Shown here piece by piece: positions 24,677 through 34,437 of a stretch of 64,000 nt of DNA; position 1 is the stretch's first letter, and each line of letters begins with the position of its first letter. The DNA comes from Phycisphaeraceae bacterium (GTDB lineage Bacteria > Planctomycetota > Phycisphaerae > Phycisphaerales > Phycisphaeraceae): positions 4,011,453 to 4,075,452 of the forward strand of contig OY771506.1 of assembly GCA_963674705.1 (NCBI GenBank), given 5' to 3'. Below the pieces are notes generated by a model. The model was not told the DNA's origin. It did no database searches and saw only the letters and a list, made by a program, of their open reading frames with translations. A program made the translations under genes and the position numbers.

Positions 24677-26044
24677 GTGAATCACATGGCACGTGCACGT
24701 GGTGGCGGCGGATCAGGCTCGGCTTGGGCATTGGTGATCTTCGGCGCAGGCTTTTTTATATGCCTGATTTTGGCCATCATATTCTTCACGCAGATCAACG
24801 GCGCAAAAGAGGCGCAAAAGAAAGCGGAGAACAGTCTCCGTGAATTCGTAACCGGTAGCGAGCAAGGTTTGCCCGAGGTTGACGAATTGCGTGCCAGGGA
24901 CGGCTCGGTCGTTGGTGCGTTGCTGGAAGAGCGCGGCTGGCTGCGAAAGGTCGTTGCCAGTGATCCGACCAAGAGCCAGGAAGAGATCGAGGCTTCGATC
25001 AATTCGTTGAGTGTTCAGGGCAAGGCCCTGCTTCAGGAAGTCACGCAGCTTCAGAACCAACTATCCGGCGCCAATGAACTGCAAGAGACGTTGAACCAGG
25101 AACTGGAAGCCGCCCGTGCCCGCGCGGAAGAAGCAGAAGCCAGCAAGGCCAGGCTCGACGAGAACTACAAGAACTCCATTGCCAACCTGCAACAGACGCT
25201 GGATCAAACCGAAGCGGTATTGGAAACAACTCGTCAGAAAATCCAGGAGCAGAAGTCATCACTCGACGGCGAAATGTCCGCCACGCGTCAGGAATATGTC
25301 GATCGTATCGCGTCACTTGAGCAGAGTGTTAGCGATAAGCAGAAACAGATCGACGAACTCCGTAAGGAGTTATACGTGTCACGTGGTATCGGTGGCCAGG
25401 ACCCGGGTCCCGGCAACCTGACACGGCCTGACGGTCGCATTGTCTCAATGGGGACAAATCCGGGGGAAGTGTTCATCAGCCTTGGTCGTGACGACCGTCT
25501 CCAGTTGGGCATGACCTTCGAGGTTTTCGATGCGAACGAGTTGATCAAGCTTACCGAGTACAACGAGCTTCGCGGCAAGGCGACGTTGGAAGTCGTCAGT
25601 GTGGATGAGTCGGCTTCGTTGGCTCGCGTGGTCCGCTTGGAACGGGGTCGGGCGATTAGCGAAGGCGACGCCATCGTGAACCTGGTGTACGACCCGGAAG
25701 CGACCTACAAGTTCTACGTCTACGGCGAGTTCTCGTTTGACGGCCTGCCCGCCAACGAAGCCGGCAGGGACCGGATCGTCAGCAAGATCCTGCAGTGGGG
25801 CGGCAAGGTCAGCGACGAATTGACCTACGATGTGGATTACCTGGTGCTCGGTCAGGAGCCGCCGCTGCCGTCGCCTCCGCCGGAGGGTGAAGTGGACCCG
25901 GTGAAGATCGCTGAGTATGTCCAAGCCCAGCGGGTGTATGAGACGTACCAGGAACTGATCGGTGAGGCACGTGATCCCTCGCTGAACATCCCGATCCTGA
26001 ATCAGAACCGGTTCCTGGCTCTGGTCGGCGACTACGACCGGTAG
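24677..26044 (+). CDS. membrane-anchored coiled-coil protein with a C-terminal BRCT-like domain
   Basis: N-terminal basic stretch plus TM helix (WALVIFGAGFFICLILAIIFF). About 200 aa of heptad-like Q/E/L-rich sequence follows, then a beta-rich segment. The C-terminus KFYVYGEFSFDG..RDRIVSKILQWGGKVSDELTYDVDYLVLGQEP...IPILNQNRFLALVG fits the BRCT pattern. The start is either the GTG at 24677 or the ATG at 24686. Confidence 0.65.
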   Translation: MNHMARARGGGGSGSAWALVIFGAGFFICLILAIIFFTQINGAKEAQKKAENSLREFVTGSEQGLPEVDELRARDGSVVGALLEERGWLRKVVASDPTKSQEEIEASINSLSVQGKALLQEVTQLQNQLSGANELQETLNQELEAARARAEEAEASKARLDENYKNSIANLQQTLDQTEAVLETTRQKIQEQKSSLDGEMSATRQEYVDRIASLEQSVSDKQKQIDELRKELYVSRGIGGQDPGPGNLTRPDGRIVSMGTNPGEVFISLGRDDRLQLGMTFEVFDANELIKLTEYNELRGKATLEVVSVDESASLARVVRLERGRAISEGDAIVNLVYDPEATYKFYVYGEFSFDGLPANEAGRDRIVSKILQWGGKVSDELTYDVDYLVLGQEPPLPSPPPEGEVDPVKIAEYVQAQRVYETYQELIGEARDPSLNIPILNQNRFLALVGDYDR

Positions 26045-26056
26045 GCCAGATCGTCG

Positions 26057-27070
26057 ATGGCAAAAAACCAAGGCCCGATCGCCATATGGAGCCAGTACCT
26101 GGGCGCACGCCTGGCGGCGATGGGTCTGACGATGTTCAATGTCGAAGCGAACCTGCACACGGCCGCGGCGATCGGCCGGGCAATGTACGCGTGGGATAAA
26201 CGCCATCGGGAGCGTGCCGCCCGAAGCATCAGCCTGGCTTTCCCGGATCTCAGCGAAGGACAAGTACAGCGGGTCTGCAAGGCCTCCTTCGAGCACTTCG
26301 TCCAACTGGCGTTCGAGGTGATCCACACGCCGCGTGTGATCAGCAGAGACTCCTGGGCCCACCGCATGACCGCGGCCAACCTCGGCCCGGCGATGGACCT
26401 GCTCAACGCTCGCAAGCCCGTGATCCTCGTCACGGGCCACCTGGGTAACTGGGAGGTGCTGGGCTACCTGCTGGCGGTCATCGGCTACGAGGTCGATGCG
26501 ATCGCCCGGCCGATCGACAACCCGCTGATCAACGACTGGCTGCTGGGGATCCGCGAGAACAAGGGGATGCGGATCATCACGAAGTGGGACGCAACGGACC
26601 GGATGCTGGAAGTGCTGGGCAACGGTGGGGCGTTGGGCTTCATCGCGGACCAGAATGCCGGCGACAAGGGCATGTTCGTGCCGTTTTTTGGCCGATTGGC
26701 CAGTTCGTACAAGTCGATCGGGCTGCTGGCGATCAGGCAGGAAGTACCGATCGTGTGCGGGTATGCCCATCGGGTCGGCCCCGGATTTCACTACGAACTG
26801 GGCGTCGCAGACGTGATCCGGCCGGACGATTGGCAAGACAGGCATGACCCGTTGTATTATGTGACAGCCAGATACGCCCGGGCGATCGAGGCGATGGTCC
26901 GATTACGGCCCGAGCAGTATTTGTGGATGCACCGGCGATGGAAGAGTCGACCCCGCCACGAGCGGCTGGGCAAACCCATGCCCAAGGCGTTGAGGCAGAA
27001 TCTGGAGGCCCTGCCTTGGATGGATCAGACCCAGATGGACCGGCTGCTGAATCCACCGGAACCCGCCTGA
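26057..27070 (+). CDS. lipid A biosynthesis (Kdo)2-lipid IVA acyltransferase family protein (LpxL/HtrB-like LPLAT)
   Basis: VTGHLGNWEVLG gives the HX4E-type motif. FIADQN, VPFFGR and EQYLWMHRRWKSRP are typical of the LpxL/MsbB family. Confidence 0.8.
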   Translation: MAKNQGPIAIWSQYLGARLAAMGLTMFNVEANLHTAAAIGRAMYAWDKRHRERAARSISLAFPDLSEGQVQRVCKASFEHFVQLAFEVIHTPRVISRDSWAHRMTAANLGPAMDLLNARKPVILVTGHLGNWEVLGYLLAVIGYEVDAIARPIDNPLINDWLLGIRENKGMRIITKWDATDRMLEVLGNGGALGFIADQNAGDKGMFVPFFGRLASSYKSIGLLAIRQEVPIVCGYAHRVGPGFHYELGVADVIRPDDWQDRHDPLYYVTARYARAIEAMVRLRPEQYLWMHRRWKSRPRHERLGKPMPKALRQNLEALPWMDQTQMDRLLNPPEPA

Positions 27071-27194
27071 CCGACCGATTAGAGCTGGGCTGATTTCCGG
27101 ACCCCGCCTAGGATAGTGATGGCCATTAAGTCATACCGATCCTGAATACCCCCCAAACTGTTCCCCCCAATCCCGTGGAAACTATTTAACGAAG

Positions 27195-27602
27195 ATGAAC
27201 CAAATGGCAGAAGAAACCGGAGAATTAAGGCTGGAAGCCAGAAAAGTGCTTATCGTGGACGACGACCCTGAAGTCCGCGCAGCGATTGACCATGCCCTGC
27301 AGGCCGAAGGCGCCTTGACACAGTATTGTGGCGACGGAAACTCGGCGGTGCGTATTTGCGAGTCGGACCCGCCGGACCTGGTCGTGCTGGACATGATGCT
27401 GCCCAAACGGTCGGGCTTCCTGGTTCTGGACCGAATCAAGAAGCTGGAAACCCCGCCGGTGGTGATTATGGTGACCGCCAATGAAGGGCGCCGCCACCAG
27501 CAGTATGCCGAGACGCTTGGCGTGGACGGCTACATCCTTAAGCCCGTGCGGCTGGAACGCCTGATCACCATGGCGCGAGATCTGCTGGATGCACGCGATT
27601 GA
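27195..27602 (+). CDS. single-domain response regulator (CheY-like receiver)
   Basis: VLIVDDDPEVR..PDLVVLDMMLPKRSG..VIMVTA..GVDGYILKP places the acidic pocket, phospho-Asp, Thr and Lys correctly. There is no output domain. Confidence 0.85.
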   Translation: MNQMAEETGELRLEARKVLIVDDDPEVRAAIDHALQAEGALTQYCGDGNSAVRICESDPPDLVVLDMMLPKRSGFLVLDRIKKLETPPVVIMVTANEGRRHQQYAETLGVDGYILKPVRLERLITMARDLLDARD

Positions 27603-27727
27603 TGCCGATGTAGTCTACGGGGGAGGGTTTTTCCCCTAAATGCTGTTGGGATATACTAGTGGCGCAATCCGTGTGGCTGTGACAACCAGGACGTCAGAGC
27701 CCTGACCGACCGCGAAGGAGGTATACG

Positions 27728-28948
27728 ATGAGTGCAAGTGGCCGTGGTAAGTGGCTTGGGCTGTTGATCGCCGTTCTGATGTACATGCCCGTCGCCAAAG
27801 TGCTCGCCAGCGAAGCTGTCGTCACCACTTACGACGACCGGACACTCACCGGCGAGTTGGTCAGCCAGGATGAGAATACCGTCACGTTGCTGATCTCCGG
27901 GATCAAGACACCCATCCCACGACAGTCGATCAAGAGCATCGAGATCAAGGATGCCCCGCCGGAGCAGTACCGCAAACTGCGTGCGGAACTGGACGACGAT
28001 GATCTGGACGGCCGGTATCGTCTGGCTTACCAGATGTACGAGAAGAAGTGGTACGAACTGGCGATGGTTGAGTTGCAGTCTATGCGACGAGACTTCCCGG
28101 ATAGTGACAAGGTGCGTGCACTACAGACCGTCGTCCAGAGTCGTATCGATCGTGAGCGGGAAGAGGCGCGTCAGACCATTCGCCCCAGCACCGGCCCCGG
28201 TGCCAGCAACCCGACAACGCAGCCGGACGTCGAAGTCAACGGGATGCCCGGTCCGGAACGGCGTCTCACAGAAGAACAAATCAACACGATCCGTGTGTAC
28301 GAAGTCGATCTGTCGGAAGAGCCTAACATCTCGCTCAAACCCGAGACTATTGAAAAACTGTATGAAAACTACTCGTCAAATGATCGGCTGACCAAGGACC
28401 GTCGAGAGTTCCGGCGCATGCCCGGTCACGAGCAGTTGGAGGTATTGTTTGACCTGCAGGCGCGCGAGTTATATCCCGAAGTGATCATCCGTCAGGATTC
28501 ACCTGCGATCAAGGCGTTTCGTACGAAACTGCATCAGCGTTATGTGTTGAGTTACTGTGCGGCTACGGGTTGTCATGGTGACGGCTCGCCGGGCAACCTC
28601 TTCCTGTTCCGTACCCAGCCTAACAGTGACCCGACCGTGTACACGAACTTCTACATCCTTAACCAGATCAAACAGCCACAGGGCGTGATGATCGATCGGG
28701 ATGAACCGGGGCGTTCGTTGCTGTTGCAGTATGGACTTGACCGTGATGCTGCGGCTGCACCACACCCGGATGTGAAGGGGTGGCGTCCGCAGTTTGTGGA
28801 TGATCAGGACCCTCGCTACCGGGATTACATGGATGCGATCGACCTGCTGTGGAAGCCGGCCCCGGATTACGGGATCGACTACACCCCGCCGGTCTTGCGT
28901 AGTTCGGCAGGGGTCGAAGAATCGGAAAATACCCAGCCCACGCAGTGA
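27728..28948 (+). CDS. hypothetical secreted protein with a CX4CH motif
   Basis: Signal peptide WLGLLIAVLMYMPVAKVLASEA. AAGGAGG lies 6 nt upstream of the ATG. The motif YCAATGCHGDGSPGNLFLF is at 28553-28609. No family was recognised with confidence. Confidence 0.6.
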   Translation: MSASGRGKWLGLLIAVLMYMPVAKVLASEAVVTTYDDRTLTGELVSQDENTVTLLISGIKTPIPRQSIKSIEIKDAPPEQYRKLRAELDDDDLDGRYRLAYQMYEKKWYELAMVELQSMRRDFPDSDKVRALQTVVQSRIDREREEARQTIRPSTGPGASNPTTQPDVEVNGMPGPERRLTEEQINTIRVYEVDLSEEPNISLKPETIEKLYENYSSNDRLTKDRREFRRMPGHEQLEVLFDLQARELYPEVIIRQDSPAIKAFRTKLHQRYVLSYCAATGCHGDGSPGNLFLFRTQPNSDPTVYTNFYILNQIKQPQGVMIDRDEPGRSLLLQYGLDRDAAAAPHPDVKGWRPQFVDDQDPRYRDYMDAIDLLWKPAPDYGIDYTPPVLRSSAGVEESENTQPTQ

Positions 28949-29020
28949 TGCTTCGCCTCGCAGGCTGTTAACCAGGTCGGCTCGCACCGGCTTTTGATGC
29001 TTAAGTGAAAGGACGAATCC

Positions 29021-30391
29021 GTGCCTAAACTGTATCTCACGTTGCCCGTGCTTGTTGGCTTGTTACTCGGCATGTCGGGCTGTGACAGCCAGGCCTCTGA
29101 AGAAGCTGAAGCCCAGCAGCATCTGAATGCCGCCGTAGCGAAATTGGATAAGGCGAACGCTGGCTACATCGCCTCGGAAGCCGGTGCGGATACTGAATCC
29201 GAACTGACCCTGCTGGCTTACCGCCAGGAGACGATGGATAAAGCCTTCGCGGACCTGAACCAAGTCAAGTCGCTGAATGCACCGGATCAGAAGGTTCAGG
29301 CGCTGTGTCTTGAAGCTGAGATCTATGCATCATCCGCACGCTATTCAGCACGTGCCGCGGCGCTGGAAAACGCGGCGCTGGCCGGCCGATCGACCGTATT
29401 GCTGGGCTACCTGTCTGCCATGGAAGCGGCTAACGCCCAATCTAACGCGCTTCAGCCACAGACCGAAGATCAATTAACCAAGCTGCAGGCCGAGGTCGAT
29501 ACGCAGACCGCCAAACGCAAAAAGCTGAATGCTGAAATCGACACGCTCAACAGTCAACTCAGTTCGGTCAAGGCCGAAGTTGAGCAGTTCCAGGCCAAGG
29601 CTGAAGAGGGCTACGCCAAGGCACAGGCTCTGCGAGAAAAAGCGTTCGTCACCAGCGGTGACAAGATGTACGACCTGCAGGATCAGGCGGCGGATCTTGA
29701 GCGTAAAGCAGCGATCGAGTCTGCCTCGGCAGAATCGAAGCAAGTTGTCGTGGATGACCTTGAGGCCCAACTCACGCTGGATCGTGTGCAGTTGGACACC
29801 GTCAACAAGCTGATCGAAGAACTCAACGGCCAGATCCAGAAAACCCGTGCGGATACCGAGCGGCTCGCGGATGCATCGAACACAGCCGCCCAGGCAGGCG
29901 ACAATGCCGCCAAGACCCTGGAAAATGAATACAACCAGTTGATGGGCGTCTTTAACGAAGTAATCGATCAGCGGCTGAAGACCGCGGCTGAGAAAGTTCA
30001 GAAAGCGGAAGAGGCGCTCAAGCAGGCGTCACAGCAGGCCCGCAATTCTGAACAGATCAAGCTGCAACTGCTTTCGACGTATGTTGAGCAGGCAAATATC
30101 GCAACAAGTCATGCTGCCTATCTGCGTGACATGAAAGCCATGACCGAGGCTGTTTACAAGAGTGTGAGCCGAGTGGCGCCGAATCATGCCGCGACGTACC
30201 AGGAACAGATCCAACGGCTGAGCGACGCCGAGGTCGCGTTGCGAGATAAAGCAATCGCAGCGATCGACACAGGTACGGCGTTAGCTGATGAGCTTGCTCC
30301 CGAGGGATCCACCCCCGAAGCCGGCGCCACCGAAGCCATCGCGCTGAAGCAGAAAGACCGTCTGAACGTCTACAAGAACGAGCGGCTGTAA
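29021..30391 (+). CDS. lipoprotein, long alpha-helical/coiled-coil (A/Q/E/L-rich)
   Basis: The lipobox LLLGMSGC follows a signal peptide (GTG start). The remaining 430 aa or so are uninterrupted helix-favouring sequence. Confidence 0.65.
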   Translation: MPKLYLTLPVLVGLLLGMSGCDSQASEEAEAQQHLNAAVAKLDKANAGYIASEAGADTESELTLLAYRQETMDKAFADLNQVKSLNAPDQKVQALCLEAEIYASSARYSARAAALENAALAGRSTVLLGYLSAMEAANAQSNALQPQTEDQLTKLQAEVDTQTAKRKKLNAEIDTLNSQLSSVKAEVEQFQAKAEEGYAKAQALREKAFVTSGDKMYDLQDQAADLERKAAIESASAESKQVVVDDLEAQLTLDRVQLDTVNKLIEELNGQIQKTRADTERLADASNTAAQAGDNAAKTLENEYNQLMGVFNEVIDQRLKTAAEKVQKAEEALKQASQQARNSEQIKLQLLSTYVEQANIATSHAAYLRDMKAMTEAVYKSVSRVAPNHAATYQEQIQRLSDAEVALRDKAIAAIDTGTALADELAPEGSTPEAGATEAIALKQKDRLNVYKNERL

Positions 30392-30447
30392 AGCTCACGC
30401 AATCATCAATCATGATTAACTTCTGCGTTTAATCCGCAATAGTTGAT

Positions 30448-30786
30448 CTATGCGCTTAATTGCAGGTCAGCCAGCGCAGTGGTTGTGTCGTCTACGAAGT
30501 GAAACACCTTGTCCAATCCCGTAGTCAGGAACACCGCCCAGACCTGGTCGGACGGTGAGGTCAGACGCATCTGCGCCTCACGGTCGATGATGTTCTTCCG
30601 CAGACGCAACAGGGCGGAAAGATTCGAGCTGCAGATCAACTCCACAGCCGACAGGTCCAGGACCAGGTGAGGCATACGATCGGGTGAAAGCGCCTGTTCG
30701 TTGAGTTGTTCCATGTCCTCCGTAAATGCAGGATCATCGTTCAGCTGAACAACCCAGATCTGTCTAGACCATTTTTGAATCGACAA
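30448..30786 (-). CDS. STAS-domain protein (anti-sigma-factor-antagonist-like)
   Basis: LVLDLSAVELICSSNLSALLRLRKNI...VWAVFLTTGLDKVFHFVDD is the STAS/SpoIIAA pattern with a conserved Ser. The start is a TTG. Confidence 0.75.
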   Translation of the reverse strand: MSIQKWSRQIWVVQLNDDPAFTEDMEQLNEQALSPDRMPHLVLDLSAVELICSSNLSALLRLRKNIIDREAQMRLTSPSDQVWAVFLTTGLDKVFHFVDDTTTALADLQLSA

Positions 30787-30822
30787 GGTGATCGCTCCTT
30801 GACGCTGTGAATCGAACAGTTT

Positions 30823-33477
30823 TCATTCAGACGCCTCGGTATCGGTTCCTGGCTGAGCCTGTGATTCTTCTTCGGTCGAGTCCTCAATACGTGCCACGGC
30901 TACGAGCAGGTCGTCCTTGCCAACGGTGATCACACGCACGCCTTGTGTGTTTCGGCCGATCTTGCTGACACTGCCGGCATTGATACGCACGATCATGCCG
31001 TTAAGCGTGATGAGCATGAGGTCGTCATCGGGGGTGACTCGTTTAAGTGCCACGACCTTACCGTTACGGGCGTTGGTGACGATATCGCGTCGGCCCTTGC
31101 CACCTCGGCCTTGCGGGCGGGTTGAGCCGTCCTCGCTGCGGACAAGATATTCTTCCATCGCGGTCCGCTTGCCGTAGCCGTTTTCACAGACGGTCAGCAG
31201 GTCGGGCTCTTCGCCGTGGGGGATCTTCACCAGTCCAACGACCGAATCATCGCCGGAGAGAGTGATACCCTTGACACCGCTGGCGCTTCGGCCCATGACA
31301 CGGGCGTCGTTCTCATCGAAGCGGATGGACATGCCGTCACTCGTGCCCAGCAGCAGGTGGTCGTTGCCGGCTGTCCATGTGACGCCGATCAGTGAGTCAC
31401 CTTCACGGAGATTCACCGCGATAATCCCCGCGCGGTTGACATTGCGGTAATCCTTAAGCGCTGTGCGTTTCACAAGCCCCTGCGAGGTCGCGAACATCAG
31501 GAAGAACTCACCCTTCTCAAAGTCGCTGATCGGCATGAATTCACAGATGCGCTCGCCTTCACGCAGTTCAATCAGGTTCACGATCGCGCGGCCCCGGCTG
31601 GTGCGCGGAGCCTCAGGAATCTCATAGACCTTGATCTTGAATACCCGACCGGTATCGGTGAAGCACAACAGATCGTCATGGGTGGAAGCGACGAAGACCT
31701 GCTCGGTAAAATCATCATCCTTGGCCTTGGCGCCGATGACGCCCTTGCCGCCACGACCCTGCACGCGGTATTCCTCGACCGGCAGTCGCTTGACGTAGCC
31801 GGCATGCGTGATGGTCACCACTACCTGCTCGACAGGCGTCAACGCCGCGAGGTCCAGTTCACCAACTTCACCGGCCTGGATTTCAGTGCGACGGTTGTCG
31901 GCGTACTTGCTCTTAAGCTCAAGCGTGTCTGCCTTGATGATGTCCAGAACCTTCTGCTGGTCGGCGAGGATCGATTCGTACTCTTCGATCTGGCCCAGCA
32001 GCTTGGCGTAGTTGCTGACCAGGGTTTCAATTTCCAGACCGACCAACTGGATCAATTGCAAGCGGCCGATGGCTTCTGCCTGAACGCGGCTGAGATAGAC
32101 GTCGTTCTCGGCGCTGGCGGCCTTGAAGCGGTCGGGGATCGACGGGGCGGCAGGATGGTCCGCCGGGATGCGGAATCCACGCTTGGTCAACTTCTCGATG
32201 GCTTCTTCGCGCGTCCGGCTTTCACGGATCAGCTTGATCACTTCGTCGATATCGCAGACCGCGTAGATCAGGCCCTCGATGCGGTGCGCTTCCTGCTGCG
32301 CCTGACGCAGACGATAAGCAGTGCGGCGACGGATCACTTCGATACGGTGATCGACATAGGCCCGGATCAGTTCCTTCAGGCCCAGCGTACGGGGTTGGCC
32401 CTTCACCAGCGCGATGTTGATGATACTGAACGTCGACTGCAGCGGCGTCATCTGGTAGAGCTGATTCTCGACAACCGCCGGGTCTGAGCCCTTCTTCAGT
32501 GTGATGACAACCCGCATGCCGCCTCGGCCGGACGATTCATCCACGATATCCGAGATATCGGTAATACGGTCGGCTTTACGCAGTTGAACGATCTTGTCGA
32601 CGATGCCGGCGTTCTTGGAGACCTGGTAAGGGATCTGTGTTACAACCAGGATGTCGCGACCGGTGCGGGTCTGTTCCTGGTGGATCCTGGCACGCACGGT
32701 GACGCGGCCTCGACCTGTGGCGTAGGCCTGGGCGATGCCAGCTTTGCCGCAGATGATCCCGCCGGTCGGGAAGTCCGGACCGGGGATCAGTTCGATCAAC
32801 TCGCGGAGTGAAATTTCGGGATTATCGATCAGGGCGATAATCCCGTCGCAGATTTCACCGAGGTTATGCGGCGGCATACTGCTTGCCATACCAACTGCGA
32901 TCCCGGTTGAGCCGTTCACCAGCAGGTTGGGGAACTTGGCCGGCAGAACCCTGGGCTCGTTGTACTGCTCGTCGAAGTTGGGTTGCCAATCGACGGTGTC
33001 GAGTTTGAGGTCTTCGAGCAGTTCAACGGCATGGCGATGCAGGCGGGCTTCGGTGTAACGCATCGCGGCCGGGGGGTCCGGATCGATCGAGCCGAAGTTG
33101 CCTTGCTTATCGATGAGCAGGCAGCGGGTTTTCCACTCCTGGCCCATATTCACGAGCGTGGGGTAAATCGCCCCGTCGCCGTGGGGGTGGTACTTCTTCA
33201 TCGTCTCACCGACGATACCTGCACACTTGCTGTGCTTCCGGCCCGGGGTGAGGTTCAGGTCGTTCATAGCGACGAGGATGCGGCGCTGCGAAGGCTTAAG
33301 CCCGTCACGCACGTCCGGCAGGGCTCGGTCCACGATGGTACTCATCGCATAGGTGAGATAGCTCTCGGCCATCTCCTGCTCGATGGGGTGGTCCACCATC
33401 CGCCCCCCCGTGGGAACGGCAGGTTCCAGCTTATCGTCAAACTCGGGCGTATTGGGCTCTTGTGGGTCGTCGCTCAT
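30823..33477 (-). CDS. gyrA: DNA gyrase subunit A
   Basis: [32 protein letters not shown] and HPHGD are present, along with the active-site Tyr region [10 protein letters not shown] and C-terminal beta-pinwheel repeats. 884 aa. Confidence 0.95.
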   Translation of the reverse strand: MSDDPQEPNTPEFDDKLEPAVPTGGRMVDHPIEQEMAESYLTYAMSTIVDRALPDVRDGLKPSQRRILVAMNDLNLTPGRKHSKCAGIVGETMKKYHPHGDGAIYPTLVNMGQEWKTRCLLIDKQGNFGSIDPDPPAAMRYTEARLHRHAVELLEDLKLDTVDWQPNFDEQYNEPRVLPAKFPNLLVNGSTGIAVGMASSMPPHNLGEICDGIIALIDNPEISLRELIELIPGPDFPTGGIICGKAGIAQAYATGRGRVTVRARIHQEQTRTGRDILVVTQIPYQVSKNAGIVDKIVQLRKADRITDISDIVDESSGRGGMRVVITLKKGSDPAVVENQLYQMTPLQSTFSIINIALVKGQPRTLGLKELIRAYVDHRIEVIRRRTAYRLRQAQQEAHRIEGLIYAVCDIDEVIKLIRESRTREEAIEKLTKRGFRIPADHPAAPSIPDRFKAASAENDVYLSRVQAEAIGRLQLIQLVGLEIETLVSNYAKLLGQIEEYESILADQQKVLDIIKADTLELKSKYADNRRTEIQAGEVGELDLAALTPVEQVVVTITHAGYVKRLPVEEYRVQGRGGKGVIGAKAKDDDFTEQVFVASTHDDLLCFTDTGRVFKIKVYEIPEAPRTSRGRAIVNLIELREGERICEFMPISDFEKGEFFLMFATSQGLVKRTALKDYRNVNRAGIIAVNLREGDSLIGVTWTAGNDHLLLGTSDGMSIRFDENDARVMGRSASGVKGITLSGDDSVVGLVKIPHGEEPDLLTVCENGYGKRTAMEEYLVRSEDGSTRPQGRGGKGRRDIVTNARNGKVVALKRVTPDDDLMLITLNGMIVRINAGSVSKIGRNTQGVRVITVGKDDLLVAVARIEDSTEEESQAQPGTDTEASE

Positions 33478-33619
33478 AGGTCTGATCGGTCCTGATTTCA
33501 GCTCCCCGACAAGGCATCCGGGCCCGTCGGCTCAAACCGATATTGTACCTGTTTTCAAGGGATTAAGCGACCTGAGAGGTAAGACAGACCCCGTCCATAA
33601 CAAACATCCAGGAAGTGGA

Positions 33620-34252
33620 TTATGCAATCGGTTTTCCACATTCCGGGCAGGTGTCAGAGAGTGTGCCGTGCAGGTCATAACCACAGGATCGGCAGCCTAT
33701 AAAGTGACGGATCATCGCCAAGCGGAAGTCTTGCCAGTCTTCTGCAGATTCAAACATCGGAAAAGCAAAAGTGTGATAGTGATTGCTGCCAAGAGCCAGT
33801 AGAACGTATCGCTTGGTAACGATCGCTTTGTTTGCTATCGACCATTGCAGATGATGTTCAGCGTGTGTGTCTGATACATCGATCCCGTTTGCTGAGAATC
33901 TCCAAATACTTGGTGGGATTCCCGATTGTTTGCGAACTCTCACTGTTCTGGCGGATCGAATATACGGATGGATGAACAGAAAAAACACGCCAATAAACGG
34001 AACGGCAATTAACAATACCGCATTCCACGACCAGCCTTTGGTATGAATTTGGTAGGCTGCCGCTGCTTCCAAAAACACCGCAAAGATCGCAAGCCATACC
34101 AAGCCCGTTATCAGGTAAGGGAATCTCAATTGTGATTTTCGACAGAGCATGGTGGCGTGGCCATAGTCCCTTGCACTTAGCCAACCTGTCGCCTTGATCT
34201 CTCGATCGTAAGGCCACATCAATTCTCGTGCTGGGGGGCTCGTTACATGCAT
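33620..34252 (-). CDS. hypothetical membrane protein (YcxB-like region) with a C-terminal CxxCGYDL..CPxCG zinc ribbon
   Basis: Two TM helices are present. The C-terminus is CRSCGYDLHGTLSDTCPECGKPIA. GC is lower than in the neighbours. Confidence 0.6.
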   Translation of the reverse strand: MHVTSPPARELMWPYDREIKATGWLSARDYGHATMLCRKSQLRFPYLITGLVWLAIFAVFLEAAAAYQIHTKGWSWNAVLLIAVPFIGVFFLFIHPYIRSARTVRVRKQSGIPPSIWRFSANGIDVSDTHAEHHLQWSIANKAIVTKRYVLLALGSNHYHTFAFPMFESAEDWQDFRLAMIRHFIGCRSCGYDLHGTLSDTCPECGKPIA

Positions 34253-34437
34253 CGCATGGCATTGTAACTAAGCGTGGCAGTAAATTAAGTTTGTCACATC
34301 GAATCGAAAACTGCGGTAACTTAGTGCAATGATCTTGTGGATTTGAGATAGGTAATGACTTCTACAGACCTTGTGACAAAATGGGCGAAGTGTTGTGATA
34401 AGGTTATATTCAATTCTCCAGCTCAAGCACGGAGGTT

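Noticed and set aside
25445-26845. 466-aa minus-strand ORF spanning two plus-strand genes
   Set aside because: It is an Arg/His/Asp/Val-rich antisense shadow with no motif. It overlaps both the coiled-coil protein and the motif-supported LpxL-like gene. Long antisense ORFs are expected at this GC content.
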